Shown here: positions 26,692 through 38,850 of the stretch, piece after piece
How positions within the stretch are numbered: the first letter of the stretch is position 1
Layout: each line of letters begins with the position of its first letter
Source of the DNA: Harriotta raleighana
Taxonomy: Eukaryota
Assembly: GCA_050575255.1 (NCBI GenBank)
Contig: JBNZDD010013730.1
Coordinates: 6,680,925-6,744,924, forward strand
Length of the DNA stretch: 64,000 nucleotides
Direction: 5' to 3'
The notes under the pieces: generated by a model
What the model saw: only the letters and a program-made list of their open reading frames with translations
What the model was told of the DNA's origin: nothing
Databases searched by the model: none
Program-made: the position numbers and the translations under genes

Positions 26692-28192
26692 AGACTACCT
26701 AGAAAATAAAATGCTTCACTGAAATTCCGTGTAATTTTACTTTTCATGAAAAACAGTAAGTGCTTGTGATAGCTATTGCATATTGTACCATAATATGATA
26801 ATTTAAAGTTTTTTTTCCAAAAAACATGTTTTTAATGATTTCCGAAAGGATGAGATCAAATGGGTTGGATATTCTTCATCTGCACTCTCGAGATAAGCAC
26901 ATAGGGAAAGGACCATCAGGCAAGCTCACAGACGGACAAGGGAATAGGTATGCAATTGACGGCTCATACTTACTCATTCAGTTGACAAAAAAAGCAACCA
27001 ACCTCATGTCATAATGTGTGCGATACTTCCTGATCATTGAGAGTTATGTTTGAGTGCATGCTTCCCAGCGAGATGAATGCCACTAAAGCAATGAACTCAG
27101 TATCACTGGCAGTGATGGATTGTTTGATGCTTCTTGTTTTTTTTTTAGGTAAACCTGTCATTCTTTGTTGCTACGGCAAATCTGTCCACAATTAGTTGTA
27201 GATCTTTCTGGGTGTCTGCTCCAAATGCCCAGACATCGGGGAAGAGAAGACATTGAATGAGTGACCTCCTTGCAAGAGTAGATCAACACACAAGAGCTCA
27301 AGACCTTGTATGAAATCTGATGCAAGCACCACAATGTTATCTTTTATGACATCAATCATTTCAGTGAAGAATACACCGAAGAGATTTTGTGCAAGAACAT
27401 CGTGGTGCAAGCTTGAACTTACGAGTTACATTAAATACTATGGGAAAGGCACAGTCAATACACTCTTCCCCCTCTCACCATCATGCAGTTGGTGAACAAT
27501 CTGCTCATTAGAATATAACTGCCTGGATTTAAACCTTCTAAAAAAAAAGATTTACTTTAGATATATGTAATGCAGAATTATATCAAACAATATTGCAACA
27601 CACAAAAAGTGAGAATGTAATTTAAGTTTTGACAACAATTGCAGCCGAATATTTTTTTCAACTCACGAGAAAGAAAATTGTGCCTGATCCAAAGTGTTGC
27701 CAACCGCAGATTGCTTCAGGCATTGGTAGGAACTGATGTGGTTAGAAAACTAATGTGATTGGTCATGCAGAGGCTCTTGTGATAGTAATTTGGTTGCAAG
27801 CCCAAATCAATAACACAAAAATGGAAAAGACTGCTTGCATATTAAGTACAGACTTTTGGTATGTAATTCTGGGGTACATATAAAAATTCAATTAATGTGA
27901 AAGAAGTTTTTAATGAGAAACATTTGAATGTAGGTTACAAATATCCAATCTATTCAAATTGGCATTTGGGGATATGGAAATAACTGACTACTGGCTACTG
28001 GGCAAGGTGTGAGATAATTTTATTTTTGCTTAGGAGTATGTCTGTAACAATCCTGGATAAATAAATCTTCCCCTCTACATATGCCTTACATATTACTGGA
28101 CCTTCTGCATCTCAGCTTATAGCTGTAAAATAAAGGATGAATATATCTGAGAAGAAGTAGTAAAAGGTGCTGAGATGAATGGCAGGAAGGAG

Positions 28193-28635
28193 AACAACAA
28201 CAACAACAAAATTACACTTATTTAGCGCCTTTCACGTCGGGAGGACGTCCGAAAGCACTGAACAGTCAGGTCGGGACCCGAGCATGGGGCTTCGGGGGTA
28301 GGGGGAGGGGGAAGGAGTGGGAAGAGTTGGGGGGGGGGGAACCAAAGGCGCGGTCGAAGAGGAAGGTCTTGAGACCGATCTTGAAGGAGGAAAGGGAGGA
28401 AGCAAAGCGGAGGGTCTGTGGGATGGAGTTGGGCGGTTAGGATAGTGGACATGGAGCAGGCCTGAGTCTGCTGAACGGAGGGTGCGGGCAGGCTGATAGG
28501 GAGACAACAGGTCAGAGAGATAGGTGGGGGCAAGGCCATGAATGGCCTTGAAGGTGAGGACGAGCATCTTGAAGTCTATCCTCTGGGGGATGAGGAGCCA
28601 GTGAAGGCGGGCAAGGATGGGAGTGATGTGGTCGC
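28193..28635 (-). mobile_element. L2 LINE, 5'-truncated 3' end
   Basis: ORF 28232-28663 contains DHITPILARLHWLLIPQRIDFKMLVLTFKAIHGLAPTYLSDLL...RTLRS, typical of the L2 ORF2 C-terminus; (TTG)n tail; GC-rich. Confidence 0.92.
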
Positions 28636-30299
28636 AAGAATGCATGTTTGCTTGAAATATCAACAGCAGGTTAATTCTAAATGAATCCTTTCAGCACCAC
28701 ATCCCTGTGGCAATCCTTGAAGTGATTAGTCCATTTTTATTATTTTTATGATGGCATTTGGAGCTGTTGGGTACAATGAGACCTGACTCATTGGTATTGT
28801 GGAGATTTTAGAATATTGCCTGTTTATCTGTTTGGACTGTGTTTTGCATCTTTTGGTTAAACATAAAAATGCAGATTTAATAGCATTGTGGAGCTAATAA
28901 CGTAGCAGTATAGTGGCACACCTTGTCATCTTTTAAATAATATTGGATTCTCTCAATGCAAAACCGCCACAGTCATTGGTTCTTAGCTGAGCTCTTCATG
29001 CAGCTGCAGGCTATAAAAACATAGCCTACAGCAAAGTCTGACTTCAAATGTGGACAAACATTATGTTTATCGTGGAGTCCAAAACAAGCAACTCCTATAA
29101 AGTGTATTGCCTGGTCTACCACATTCTGTTACTTTAACCACGTACAGTACAATCTTGAGATTACTAGTCATAAACCAAAGACAAAAGAAATGGTGGGGAA
29201 ATATGTTTAAAGTCAACTAATAAATAGCCTGAAACAATGACTGTCCAGTGCCTTGGGACATCTTGGGACAAGTATAATTTTGTTGTTGATGTTATTGTTG
29301 AAAAATAACTCAGGTAGACCAACTTAGTCTTCAACTGTTATTTAGCTCACATCGTCAAACATTGTAAATGGTGTACAGTCAACCTCACGCAAGGCTTATC
29401 AGTTGGGACCACACATTGACTATGATGCATGCAAAGTATGAGTAATGTGAAACATATAAATAATAGGAAATTCAATGGGACTTGGATTAATGTATGACTC
29501 AGACTATTATATGAATTATACAAATCATAGTTACATGAGTTTTACTGTATTACATGTTTGTCAACAGCGACCTATTTTGAAGAGTGCACAACCAGTGTGC
29601 CATAGTCTTGTTATCCATTAACTATGCACTCTCAATTTAACAGATTTGATAATGGATTGCTTCTTACGACACCAAAACACAATGTGGAATAAGATATTCT
29701 CTCTTGTCATATAACTCCTATAAGAGGGCTTAACAGCTCGCCCAAAACCTAGACTCATCACTTCAGAGCTGAGAATAATTGATTAAAAATTGATTGCTAC
29801 TGGGATTCAAACCTGTAAACTCCAGACTATGAATCAAATTAGTCAAAGCACTTGATTGCAAAATCAAGTCTGTAAAATATCTACCTGGAATAATGTAGCA
29901 TCTTGTCTGGAACTAATCAAGAAACCTGTCCTCAATCAATCAGCCAACATGAAGATGATAAATGTCACCAGCCTTGGAATGCAGATATGATATTCTACAA
30001 ATTTCCGCAGATCACTACTTGGAATGCTGATGTTAAAGCTCAGTTTGTAAAACTTTAGTCCAATTAAATCATTTTCCCCAGAATCATATTCAATCCTCCA
30101 CTGATCCTAACTTCAGGTATCCTCTTCCCCAATAAAATCAATTGGATTATGTTTCTACTGGTATTACCAACCCTGTTTTGATAGATTAATAATCATTAAA
30201 CTTCCACCATGTACAATAATACGTTAATATCAAATTAAGATTCAAAATATCTAGACTCCAGCAACCTCAACAAGATATATGAAGTACATATCTGCCTAT

Positions 30300-30557
30300 T
30301 CAGTGGGGCTTAAGGATGCATGGCACTCTTCCAAAAGAAAAGGGAGTTTCTTCCAGTGATGTGGCCAGCATTCTTCCAGAATAATTGGTTATTCATTTTA
30401 TGGCTGTTTGTGGGGCATTGCTGGATGCAAATTGTCTGTCACATTCACCTACAAGATATAGTGACTGTAATTTACAATAAATTCTGTGAAGCTCTTTGAG
30501 ATATCCTCCCAATGAAAAATATTCTACCAAATGCAAGAATTAGTACTAAGTATTATT
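30300..30557 (+). mobile_element. Diverged DeuSINE-like fragment
   Basis: taaggatgcatggcactcttcc...ggctgtttgtggggcattgctggatgcaaattg...aaatgcaagaatt. Confidence 0.6.
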
Positions 30558-31066
30558 GTGTTTTATGATTATATCAGTGAGACAGAATAGCAGAAAATAA
30601 TACTTAAACAATGCAAAATAATGTAACAAAGCTTTGCTTAGAGTGATCTTTGAAATCTATAAATGATCATTTATACCTGTCAATGTTATGGTCTCAGTAT
30701 CTCATAATAACCAGAAATATCTCCAACCAAAATATTATTCTCATGAAAATCCATTTGCCCCAGGTTTAACTGCAGTGAGCAAATTAATCACATGCTGGTT
30801 AGATACTTCCTATAAGTACCTTTGCCTTCATTGTAGTAACTGGGATATTGGCAGAAAGGTTAAAGTAATAGAATGCTAAAGAGGAAAACTTTCATGTGTT
30901 ATCAGGAAAACCCAATTACTGTATTTCTGGATATCACTCCCCACATACACAACAATTGAGCTTGAAAAGGAAAACCCAGCAATCAAACATTAAATAGATT
31001 TTTTTTTAATGCAAAGGAGTGTTAAGTGAAAGCTGCTGTTTGAGAAACATTTGAGTAACTGTATAT

Positions 31067-31946
31067 GCAATGATACAAAGTTAGGGAGGGTAGTAAATAG
31101 TGAGGAGGACTGTAACCAACTGCAAGCAGACATACACAGAATGGTGGAATGGGCTGACATGTGGCAGATGGATTTCAATGTGGATAAGTGTGAGATGATA
31201 CACTTAGGTAGGAAAAATGATAGGAGGCAATATAGTCTTGGTAGCTCAATCTTAAGGGGGGTGAACGTACAGAGAGATCTGGGTGTTCAAGTAAGTGAAT
31301 CATTAAAGGTAGTAGGGCAGGTAGATAAGGCAGTAAAAAAGGCATTTAGTGTATTAGTAGGGGCATAGAGTTTAAGAGTAGGGAAGTTATGCTTAATTTG
31401 TACAAAACACTGGTTAGGCCTCAGCTGAAGTACTGCGTCCAGTTCTGGGCACCTTACTACAGGAAGGACATTAAGGCATTGGAAAGGGTGCAGAGGCGAT
31501 TCACAAGAATGATTCCAGGAATGGGGAATCTTAGCTATGAGGACAGGCTGGAGAAGTTAGGTTTTTTCCCATTAGAGCAGATCATGAAAGGTTTCGACAG
31601 GCTAGATAGGGAAAAGCTGTTTCCGCTGGTAGGTGTGTCTGTGACTCGAGGTCACAGTCTTAAGATATCTACCAAAAGAAGCAGAGGGGAGGTTAGAAGA
31701 ATTTTTTTCACTCAGAGAGTTGTTTGAATTTGGAATGATCTGCCTGAAAGGCTAGTGAGGTCCGATTCGATAGCAGCTTTTAAGAGAGAACTGAATGGGT
31801 ATCTGGGGAAGACGAGTTTGCAGGGTTATGGGGAGAAAGCTGGTGATTGGGGTTAAGGAAAGTGACATTGCTCTGTCAAAGAGCAGGCACAGACTCGATG
31901 GGCCGAATGGCCTCCTTCTGTACCGTAACCTTCTATGATTCTATGA
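31067..31946 (+). mobile_element. CR1 LINE, 5'-truncated 3' end (RT C-terminus and 3' UTR), disrupted
   Basis: ORFs read DTKLGRVV...WADMWQMDFNVDKCEMIHLG...RDLGV and LYKTLVRPQLKYCVQFWAPYYRKDIKALERVQRRFTRMIPG...TRGHSLK...FFTQRVV; ends in the CR1-type tail ttctatgattctatga. Confidence 0.95.
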
Positions 31947-32467
31947 ATAGGACAAGTGATATTCTGAGCGTCTGTACTTTTTATACCGGTTTCCTCCATT
32001 TAAAATTAGCCCTCTCGGTTATACGGATATTATTTTAGTCAAGATTAGCAAATCTAAAATCTGACAAAGGTTTAAAAATTACAATAAATCTTTTACACTG
32101 TAAAATGTTTATACAAGTAACCTAAAATCGCCAAAGCAGCCAATTCTTAAGAGGCAAATCCGATGTTCTTAAATCACGTTACAGTTCCAAATTGTTACAC
32201 AAGCAATTCTATTAGTGGTACATATCACATATGGAAGAAGTCTTACCCTGTTAATTTTCAGCTAATTAAGGCAATTGAAATCTTTTCAAAATTTCTGACA
32301 GACAAATTAATTGTGCATAAAATACTAATGAGTATTGTGAAGGCCTTCAATCACCAATTCTATTGATGTACTGTACATATTTTATGGTACAGTGTATTCA
32401 ACCCATGTTGGAAATGTTTATACGCGATGCACTAGAAATCCATGTACACTGGATATTTTGATATACA

Positions 32468-32527
32468 AGTGCTCTGACACGCTATCCGGCATAGAGGGCG
32501 CTATATAAATCAAAGTTGTTGTTGTTG
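32468..32527 (+). mobile_element. L2-like 3' tail fragment
   Basis: gtgctctgacacgctatccggcatagagggcgctatataaatcaaagttgttgttgttg; similar tails near 25922-25981 and 52015-52077. Confidence 0.6.
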
Positions 32528-33676
32528 TACATATATGAGAACGCTGCAATACAAGGACATAAGGAAAGGAGTATGTTAGACAATTGCATGTTTCAGGACC
32601 AATTACTAAGGTCATCTAAGCCCTTTTTTTTCCGCATAATACAGTGCTTTTTGAACAAACAAAACACTACCACATTATAATGCATTATATATTTTGTTGG
32701 TATAATTAAGAATTATTTTGTCCAGTAATTATGAAGAATCTCCACATTCGTTTGTTGTAATTTTTTAAATGTACAGATGATCTTGTCTAATGAAGAAGCT
32801 ATTTTATCATCTTATCCATTACACTACACTGCAGTTTGGTACAAAAATAATTAATTGAAATGTGACATAAAATAAGGTACATCTTTGACACTGTGAATTG
32901 CTAACTCTTGCATGATGAATGAGAAAGTAACAATATTCCAGTCAGAAACCCGCTAGTAAGAGGGTAACTAATCTTCCCCCATCTGGAAAAGCTTAAAGCT
33001 CATAAATTATACTTCAACACACTTGGATGCTCATGACGCATTTACTCAGTCTGAGGCATCTTAAGTTCTTGAAATGAGTTAAATAATTATAATGTTCAAG
33101 AAATCAAGTGAAATTCATGATCTAACTCTTGAATAAACAGTAGATGGATACAAGCCTGGAACAATTCTGTCTAACCAACTCTGTGAAATTTTTCTTCCAG
33201 TCTTCCCCAATTATCTGAAGATTCTTCCTCCACCCAAGTGTCGGACCATCTAAAACGTAGCCATTGTCAACACTGCTCCAACGCCAGATGGTAAGCGAGC
33301 CATTCAAAGCCCAAGCCAATCAGTCAGGCCTCCCTCCCATTTTCATCTTGTATTTCATCTAGTTCAGCCGAGAGCTGAAATAATTCATCTAACTGAAGCA
33401 AACTACTTTCAGAGACAGGTAGCTCTCAACTCTATGCCCTGAGCTCTGTAATGCACAACTTTTCGAGATAACAATTCAACTATTTGAACTCCTGGGCTTC
33501 AAGTTCCAAGTTTTCTCACCGTGGGCATCCAGCAGATAACAGCAGCAAAATTCACAATGCTCAAAGGGCTTTGAATTATTTTATGTTAAAATGCAGGATT
33601 CCACATATCATACATCTCAAAAATCAGTATATTTGCACAAATTAAACCCCAAAAGAAGACATACTAGAATTCTTGA

Positions 33677-33794
33677 TATTAGATACAAAATAATTGAAAG
33701 GGATACTGGTGGATTAGATTAAATTTAATTGGAATTATTAGATACAAAAGAATTGAAAGGGATACTGGTGGATTAGATTAAATTAAGTTGGAAT
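33677..33794. repeat. 59-bp tandem duplication (2 copies, 3 mismatches)
   Basis: tattagatacaaaa(t/g)aattgaaagggatactggtggattagattaaatt...ttggaat at 33677 and 33736, with no N between them. Confidence 0.93.
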
Positions 33795-34479
33795 CATGAA
33801 CTCCTGAAGAATATAGCTGGCTGGGAGAAGTTACACACTTGAGCAAAATGTGTTGTGAACTACTGTACTGTGTTTTTTCATCTGGTGAAATTGCTTTTGA
33901 TAGAATTGTGTTTTAAATTGAATCTTTGCCTTTAATGAGTGCCACTGTGACCATCAGGAATTTTACTAACCCCATCATAAATCACCCTTAATTGAAGTGT
34001 ACGCATCATGTCATAGCTGATGAAATTAATTGTGGTTTAGGAGCACTTCCATATACAATATTACACTTTAATTCTTTGTGGCAGTGAAGGCTGAGCTTTT
34101 CTTTTGCAACGGATTCTCAGGCCTAAATTAAAACCATTAACTACTATTGAATCCTGTGTACAATCTGATTATGAAGATTTATGGGGACTGCAGCAAGATT
34201 TTTTGAATGCAGTTCTTGAAATAAATGTGATTTGCATCGGTCAGCACTAGATTGTAAAACATATCACCCAAGTTTCTAAATGGACCTTGGCAGGCTGTAC
34301 TTGAAATGTGTGGCTCTCATGAGTTATTTTGTCTTAGGTTAAAACCATGTGATGTTTTTCACAGACGATCACCTGATGTGCTTCTGAACAGTAGTTTCGA
34401 ATGATGCTTGATGGCTGTGCAGTCATTCCGGCCGTTGCAATCTGGCTGAGTTTATTTCACAGGAAAGCAAAACATCTAC

Positions 34480-36570
34480 AGCACAATCTGTTTTATGCTA
34501 CCAATGAAGAACTCATTGTAACTACATTCTGTAAAGTATTACAGTGCTGATCGTTTTTATCGAAAATATATTGCTCTGCCGTGGTTGTGAACAACGATGT
34601 ACCAGCTGAATATCACTCTGTGCTAAGGAGACAAGAGTCAGCACATTGCATGATAAACAACCGATAGATTACCTGTTTGGCCGCATCCACTCTTTCTCTT
34701 CATCCTGATAGATAGTTTGGAGGTATTTCAGAGAGTTGTATTTCAAATATTTCTTTGAAAAGAAGAAACGAGTATTGTATTGCACCCTGGAATGCAACAC
34801 ACTTTTTTTTAAATCTTGGAAATGTTACAAAAGAGGCACTTAATAATTCTATTGCCTCGTGGCACGTATTTGTAATTAAAAATATTGGGGTCTCTCCTCT
34901 CTATGAGGAGTCGTTCTGCTGATGAAAGGCTACTGGACAGCAATGAAAAGTTGCCCCATAAGGAATCTTGTGGAAAACGCATGACACTGTATTTCTTCTC
35001 CTGAATACTAATTAGAAGGTATAGGGGGCTGGGAAACGCCAACACCTCTGAACACCGCTGGTTATCCATTACAGGCAAATGTAATCAAAATCACAAACTA
35101 TCAATCCAACTCAAAACTAACAAGATCCAAAACAAACCCATGTCAGGAATTTAGTCCCATTCCGTTGAAAGATGCATTCTCTATGGTTTTGAGACAACTC
35201 TTGACACATCAAGCTCCCAAGAGTCCAATAGAGTTTCACTGAACTGGCAATCAAACTCAGCTACGAGTTCTGTGTATAAAAAAACCTATTGATTTAGTCC
35301 TGATGCAGTGAAAAGATGTGGCTCCCGGTTGCTAACTAGTTATTGCTAAGTATCACATGTTATTCATCCAATAAAGTCACATATTTTCTCATACCAGCAC
35401 TAATGAATTAACCATTTTACTGGTGCTGTGAGTTTTCTCCTGTGCTAAACATCATATTATATATTATAATATTGTGGATAAATTCTGATAAGTTGAGCTA
35501 TAGAATTCACATATAGAAACTATANAGCACAATCTGTTTTATGCTACCAATGAAGAACTCATTGTAACTACATTCTGTAAAGTATTACAGTGCTGATCGT
35601 TTTTATCGAAAATATATTGCTCTGCCGTGGTTGTGAACAACGATGTACCAGCTGAATATCACTCTGTGCTAAGGAGACAAGAGTCAGCACATTGCATGAT
35701 AAACAACCGATAGATTACCTGTTTGGCCGCATCCACTCTTTCTCTTCATCCTGATAGATAGTTTGGAGGTATTTCAGAGAGTTGTATTTCAAATATTTAT
35801 TTGAAAAGAAGAAACGAGTATTGTATTGCACCTTGGAATGCAACACACTTTTTTTTAAATCTTGGAAATGTTACAAAAGAGGCACTTAATAATTCTATTG
35901 CCTCGTGGCACGTATTTGTAATTAAAAATATTGGGGTCTCTCCTCTCTATGAGGAGTCGTTCTGCTGATGAAAGGCTACTGGACAGCAATGAAAAGTTGC
36001 CCCATAAGGAATCTTGTGGAAAACGCATAACACTGTATTTCTTCTCCTGAATACTAATTAGAAGGTATAGGGGGCTGGGAAACGCCAACACCTCTGAACA
36101 CCGCTGGTTATCCATTACAGGCAAATGTAATCAAAATCACAAACTATCAATCCAACTCAAAACTAACAAGATCCAAAACAAACCCATGTCAGGAATTTAG
36201 TCCCATTCCGTTGAAAGATGCATTCTCTATGGTTTTGAGACAACTCTTGACACATCAAGCTCCCAAGAGTCCAATAGAGTTTCACTGAACTGGCAATCAA
36301 ACTCAGCTACGAGTTCGGTGTATAAAAAAACCTATTGATTTAGTCCTGATGCAGTGAAAAGATGTGGCTCCCGGTTGCTAACTAGTTATTGCTAAGTATC
36401 ACATGTTATTCATCCAATAAAGTCACATATTTTCTCATACCAGCACTAATGAATTAACCATTTTACTGGTGCTGTGAGTTTTCTCCTGTGCTAAACATCA
36501 TATTATATGTTATAATATTGTGGATAAATTCTGATAAGTTGAGCTATAGAATTCACATATAGAAACTATA
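34480..36570. other. 1045-bp duplication across a single N (probable haplotype overlap artefact)
   Basis: 34480-35524 is repeated at 35526-36570; N at 35525; I see about 5 substitutions. This explains the two identical 89-aa ORFs. Confidence 0.92.
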
Positions 36571-38459
36571 TTAGTGAGTGTAGCAACAATGACCAGTGTC
36601 AATGATTTTTTTTTTTTTTTTACGATATCCTCTATTTGGTAGCAAAATTGTGGATTATCATGTGCATCCGTCTTCTATGAATCCTACTGTAACCAAAAAA
36701 TGGAGTCATTTGGACCGCCAGCACTATGTAATCCAAAAAGCCATGAATATGTCAGAACCAAATACCCCAAAGTTCAGACTGCACATAATTCTACTCTTGA
36801 AGTTAGTTAGGTAGCACAAAAGGGATAAATAAGGCTTACCGCAAAAAGCTAAGAAGCAGCAGTGTGTAGTTTGCCTTGCCCTCAATTCAACATGAAGGAA
36901 GAAAAGGTGAAATAAGCAATAATTTCTGTTGGATGGTAAACAGTTTTGTTTCCTTAGTTACACAGATCTATTTCCAGCAAGTCAATTAGCAATCAATGGT
37001 ACATTAAATTTTCCACCATATAGCCACTTTTCAGGCAGTCATGATTAGGATCTTAGCCCAAGGGTACACATATGCAAATACTGGCTGTAATTGAGGGCTA
37101 CACAGTTTATAATGGACCCAGAGGTTATAGGAATGACAGAGGCATGTGTAAAAATGCCTAAAGCCAAACTACACGGTCATTTTTATCACATTCAAGGTCA
37201 TTTCTGTCTTGCAAGCAAAGCCTGAAAGACGCTGCCCATATTGTACCCTAGAGCTAGAATTATTTTGAAAGCTTTCATCTGTTTTCAGCACAGAGCAAGC
37301 TGTGGCTTGTGACATCAGCTGGCTTTGTTCCTTTGCAGATTTAAGTCACTCATTGAGGCCAACTGCCTACTGGAGTAACCATTAGAACTGCTCTCACTTG
37401 TTCTGGCACTCCAGCCCATCAAGCATAATATTTCAATTTGGGGGTGGTGGGAGGGGAGGGGCGGGGGGCACTTTATTTACTACTGAACAAAGAATTCATC
37501 AGTTCCAAAAATATTTCTACTGTAATCTGATAATGCAACTCAAAGCAGAATGGTAACACAATGTGGTATTAGTCTTCTTTTTGTTGAAAATAGATTCAGC
37601 TCCTGTTGTTTCTTTTGATAGTATTTGGATTTAAAATTTGTATCATGTGTTTGTTAATAACTGGCAAACAACCATAAAAGGACTGTCAAAGAAATGCTAG
37701 GGCACTTTTTTTGTAAATAACAACAGTAGAAACTGGGGACAGCTCTCATGAAATGCTTCCAGAAAAGGTCAAAATAAGCAATTGAATGAGCGAATCTATG
37801 GTGAAACACACTTGCCTGTAGTAAATCTCACTTGGATTTCACTTGGTTAATAACAGTTATCTTCATTTTTCTCTATATTTTACAAAAATGTACTACCATA
37901 CGACTATAAAGTTGAAAACTTAATAAGATATTTTTCTACAATTGGGTCAGCGACCAATTAGTACTTGATTGTAAGAATGGGGTTCATATTAATAATTAAT
38001 CACTGAATTACAATGGTACAACAAATAATTCATATTGTGACTTTCCAGATCAGAAAACATAACTGAGCCAACAGAGTACTTTCTCACAAAAGATCGTAGG
38101 CTTCCACAATTAATATTGCATGTAACAACTAGAGTTTCAAGTGACTCTCGAATAAAATATAGATAGTACTATATAAAAGTGACACTGCTTGGACTAGCAT
38201 TAATAATAGGACAACGTGCAGGGAATACTCAAGTACAGCCTGCATGTTACAGTATATTGATGGGCAGTATTTTGGTGGAATATGAACAGGTGATCATACA
38301 ATACTAATTTTAATAATGTCCCAATTAAATAATAATACTAATTGTTGTATTTTATATATTTTTACATTTAGTATCCATTTTGGAAACATAAATGTAATGT
38401 TGGATGCAGAATTGTATAGTGCCTATAACATTGCTCATAATTACAGACAACGTAATTAA

Positions 38460-38850
38460 TTAGACAAAAAAACTTGTTCCAGTCATTAATAAATAATGAA
38501 TAAATAAATAATACCTGCTATGTGTCTTGCAATTGCCCTTTTCAAACTGAAACCTGTATTCGTTTGTGTTGCTATCTCGGTGCATCCCAAAGTAATGTTC
38601 AGGGTCTACTTTCTTATTCTCATTTAAAATCTTGCATGTCTCTATAAGAACCCGCTCTGAGACATCTTGTTTCAAAGCTGAAGAACTCCAGCTTACCTAA
38701 TTATTGCTGATAGCATCTTTCTGTATCCTAAAGTTATCCTCGTTGCTCTCCACTCCATTGCGTCTATTCTGTGAGCCACTTTACATTACAATGACCAGTA
38801 TTGTATGTAGTCCTTAGGTCCAGTATGACAAGAGCACTATACACCTCAAA
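38460..38850 (-). mobile_element. Old CR1 LINE 3' fragment
   Basis: ORF 38460-38675 (RVLIETCKILNENKKVDPEHYF...KGNCKTHSRYYLF) resembles the CR1 ORF2 end (RGDLIETFKIL...RKYFF). Confidence 0.7.

Noticed and set aside
34919-34950. CTGATGA...GAAA hammerhead-like motif
   Set aside because: No convincing stem II adjoining the core and no stem I/III; likely chance.
34809-36124. Two identical 89-aa ORFs suggesting a duplicated small gene
   Set aside because: They lie in the N-joined duplicate, have no recognisable domain, and are intronic.
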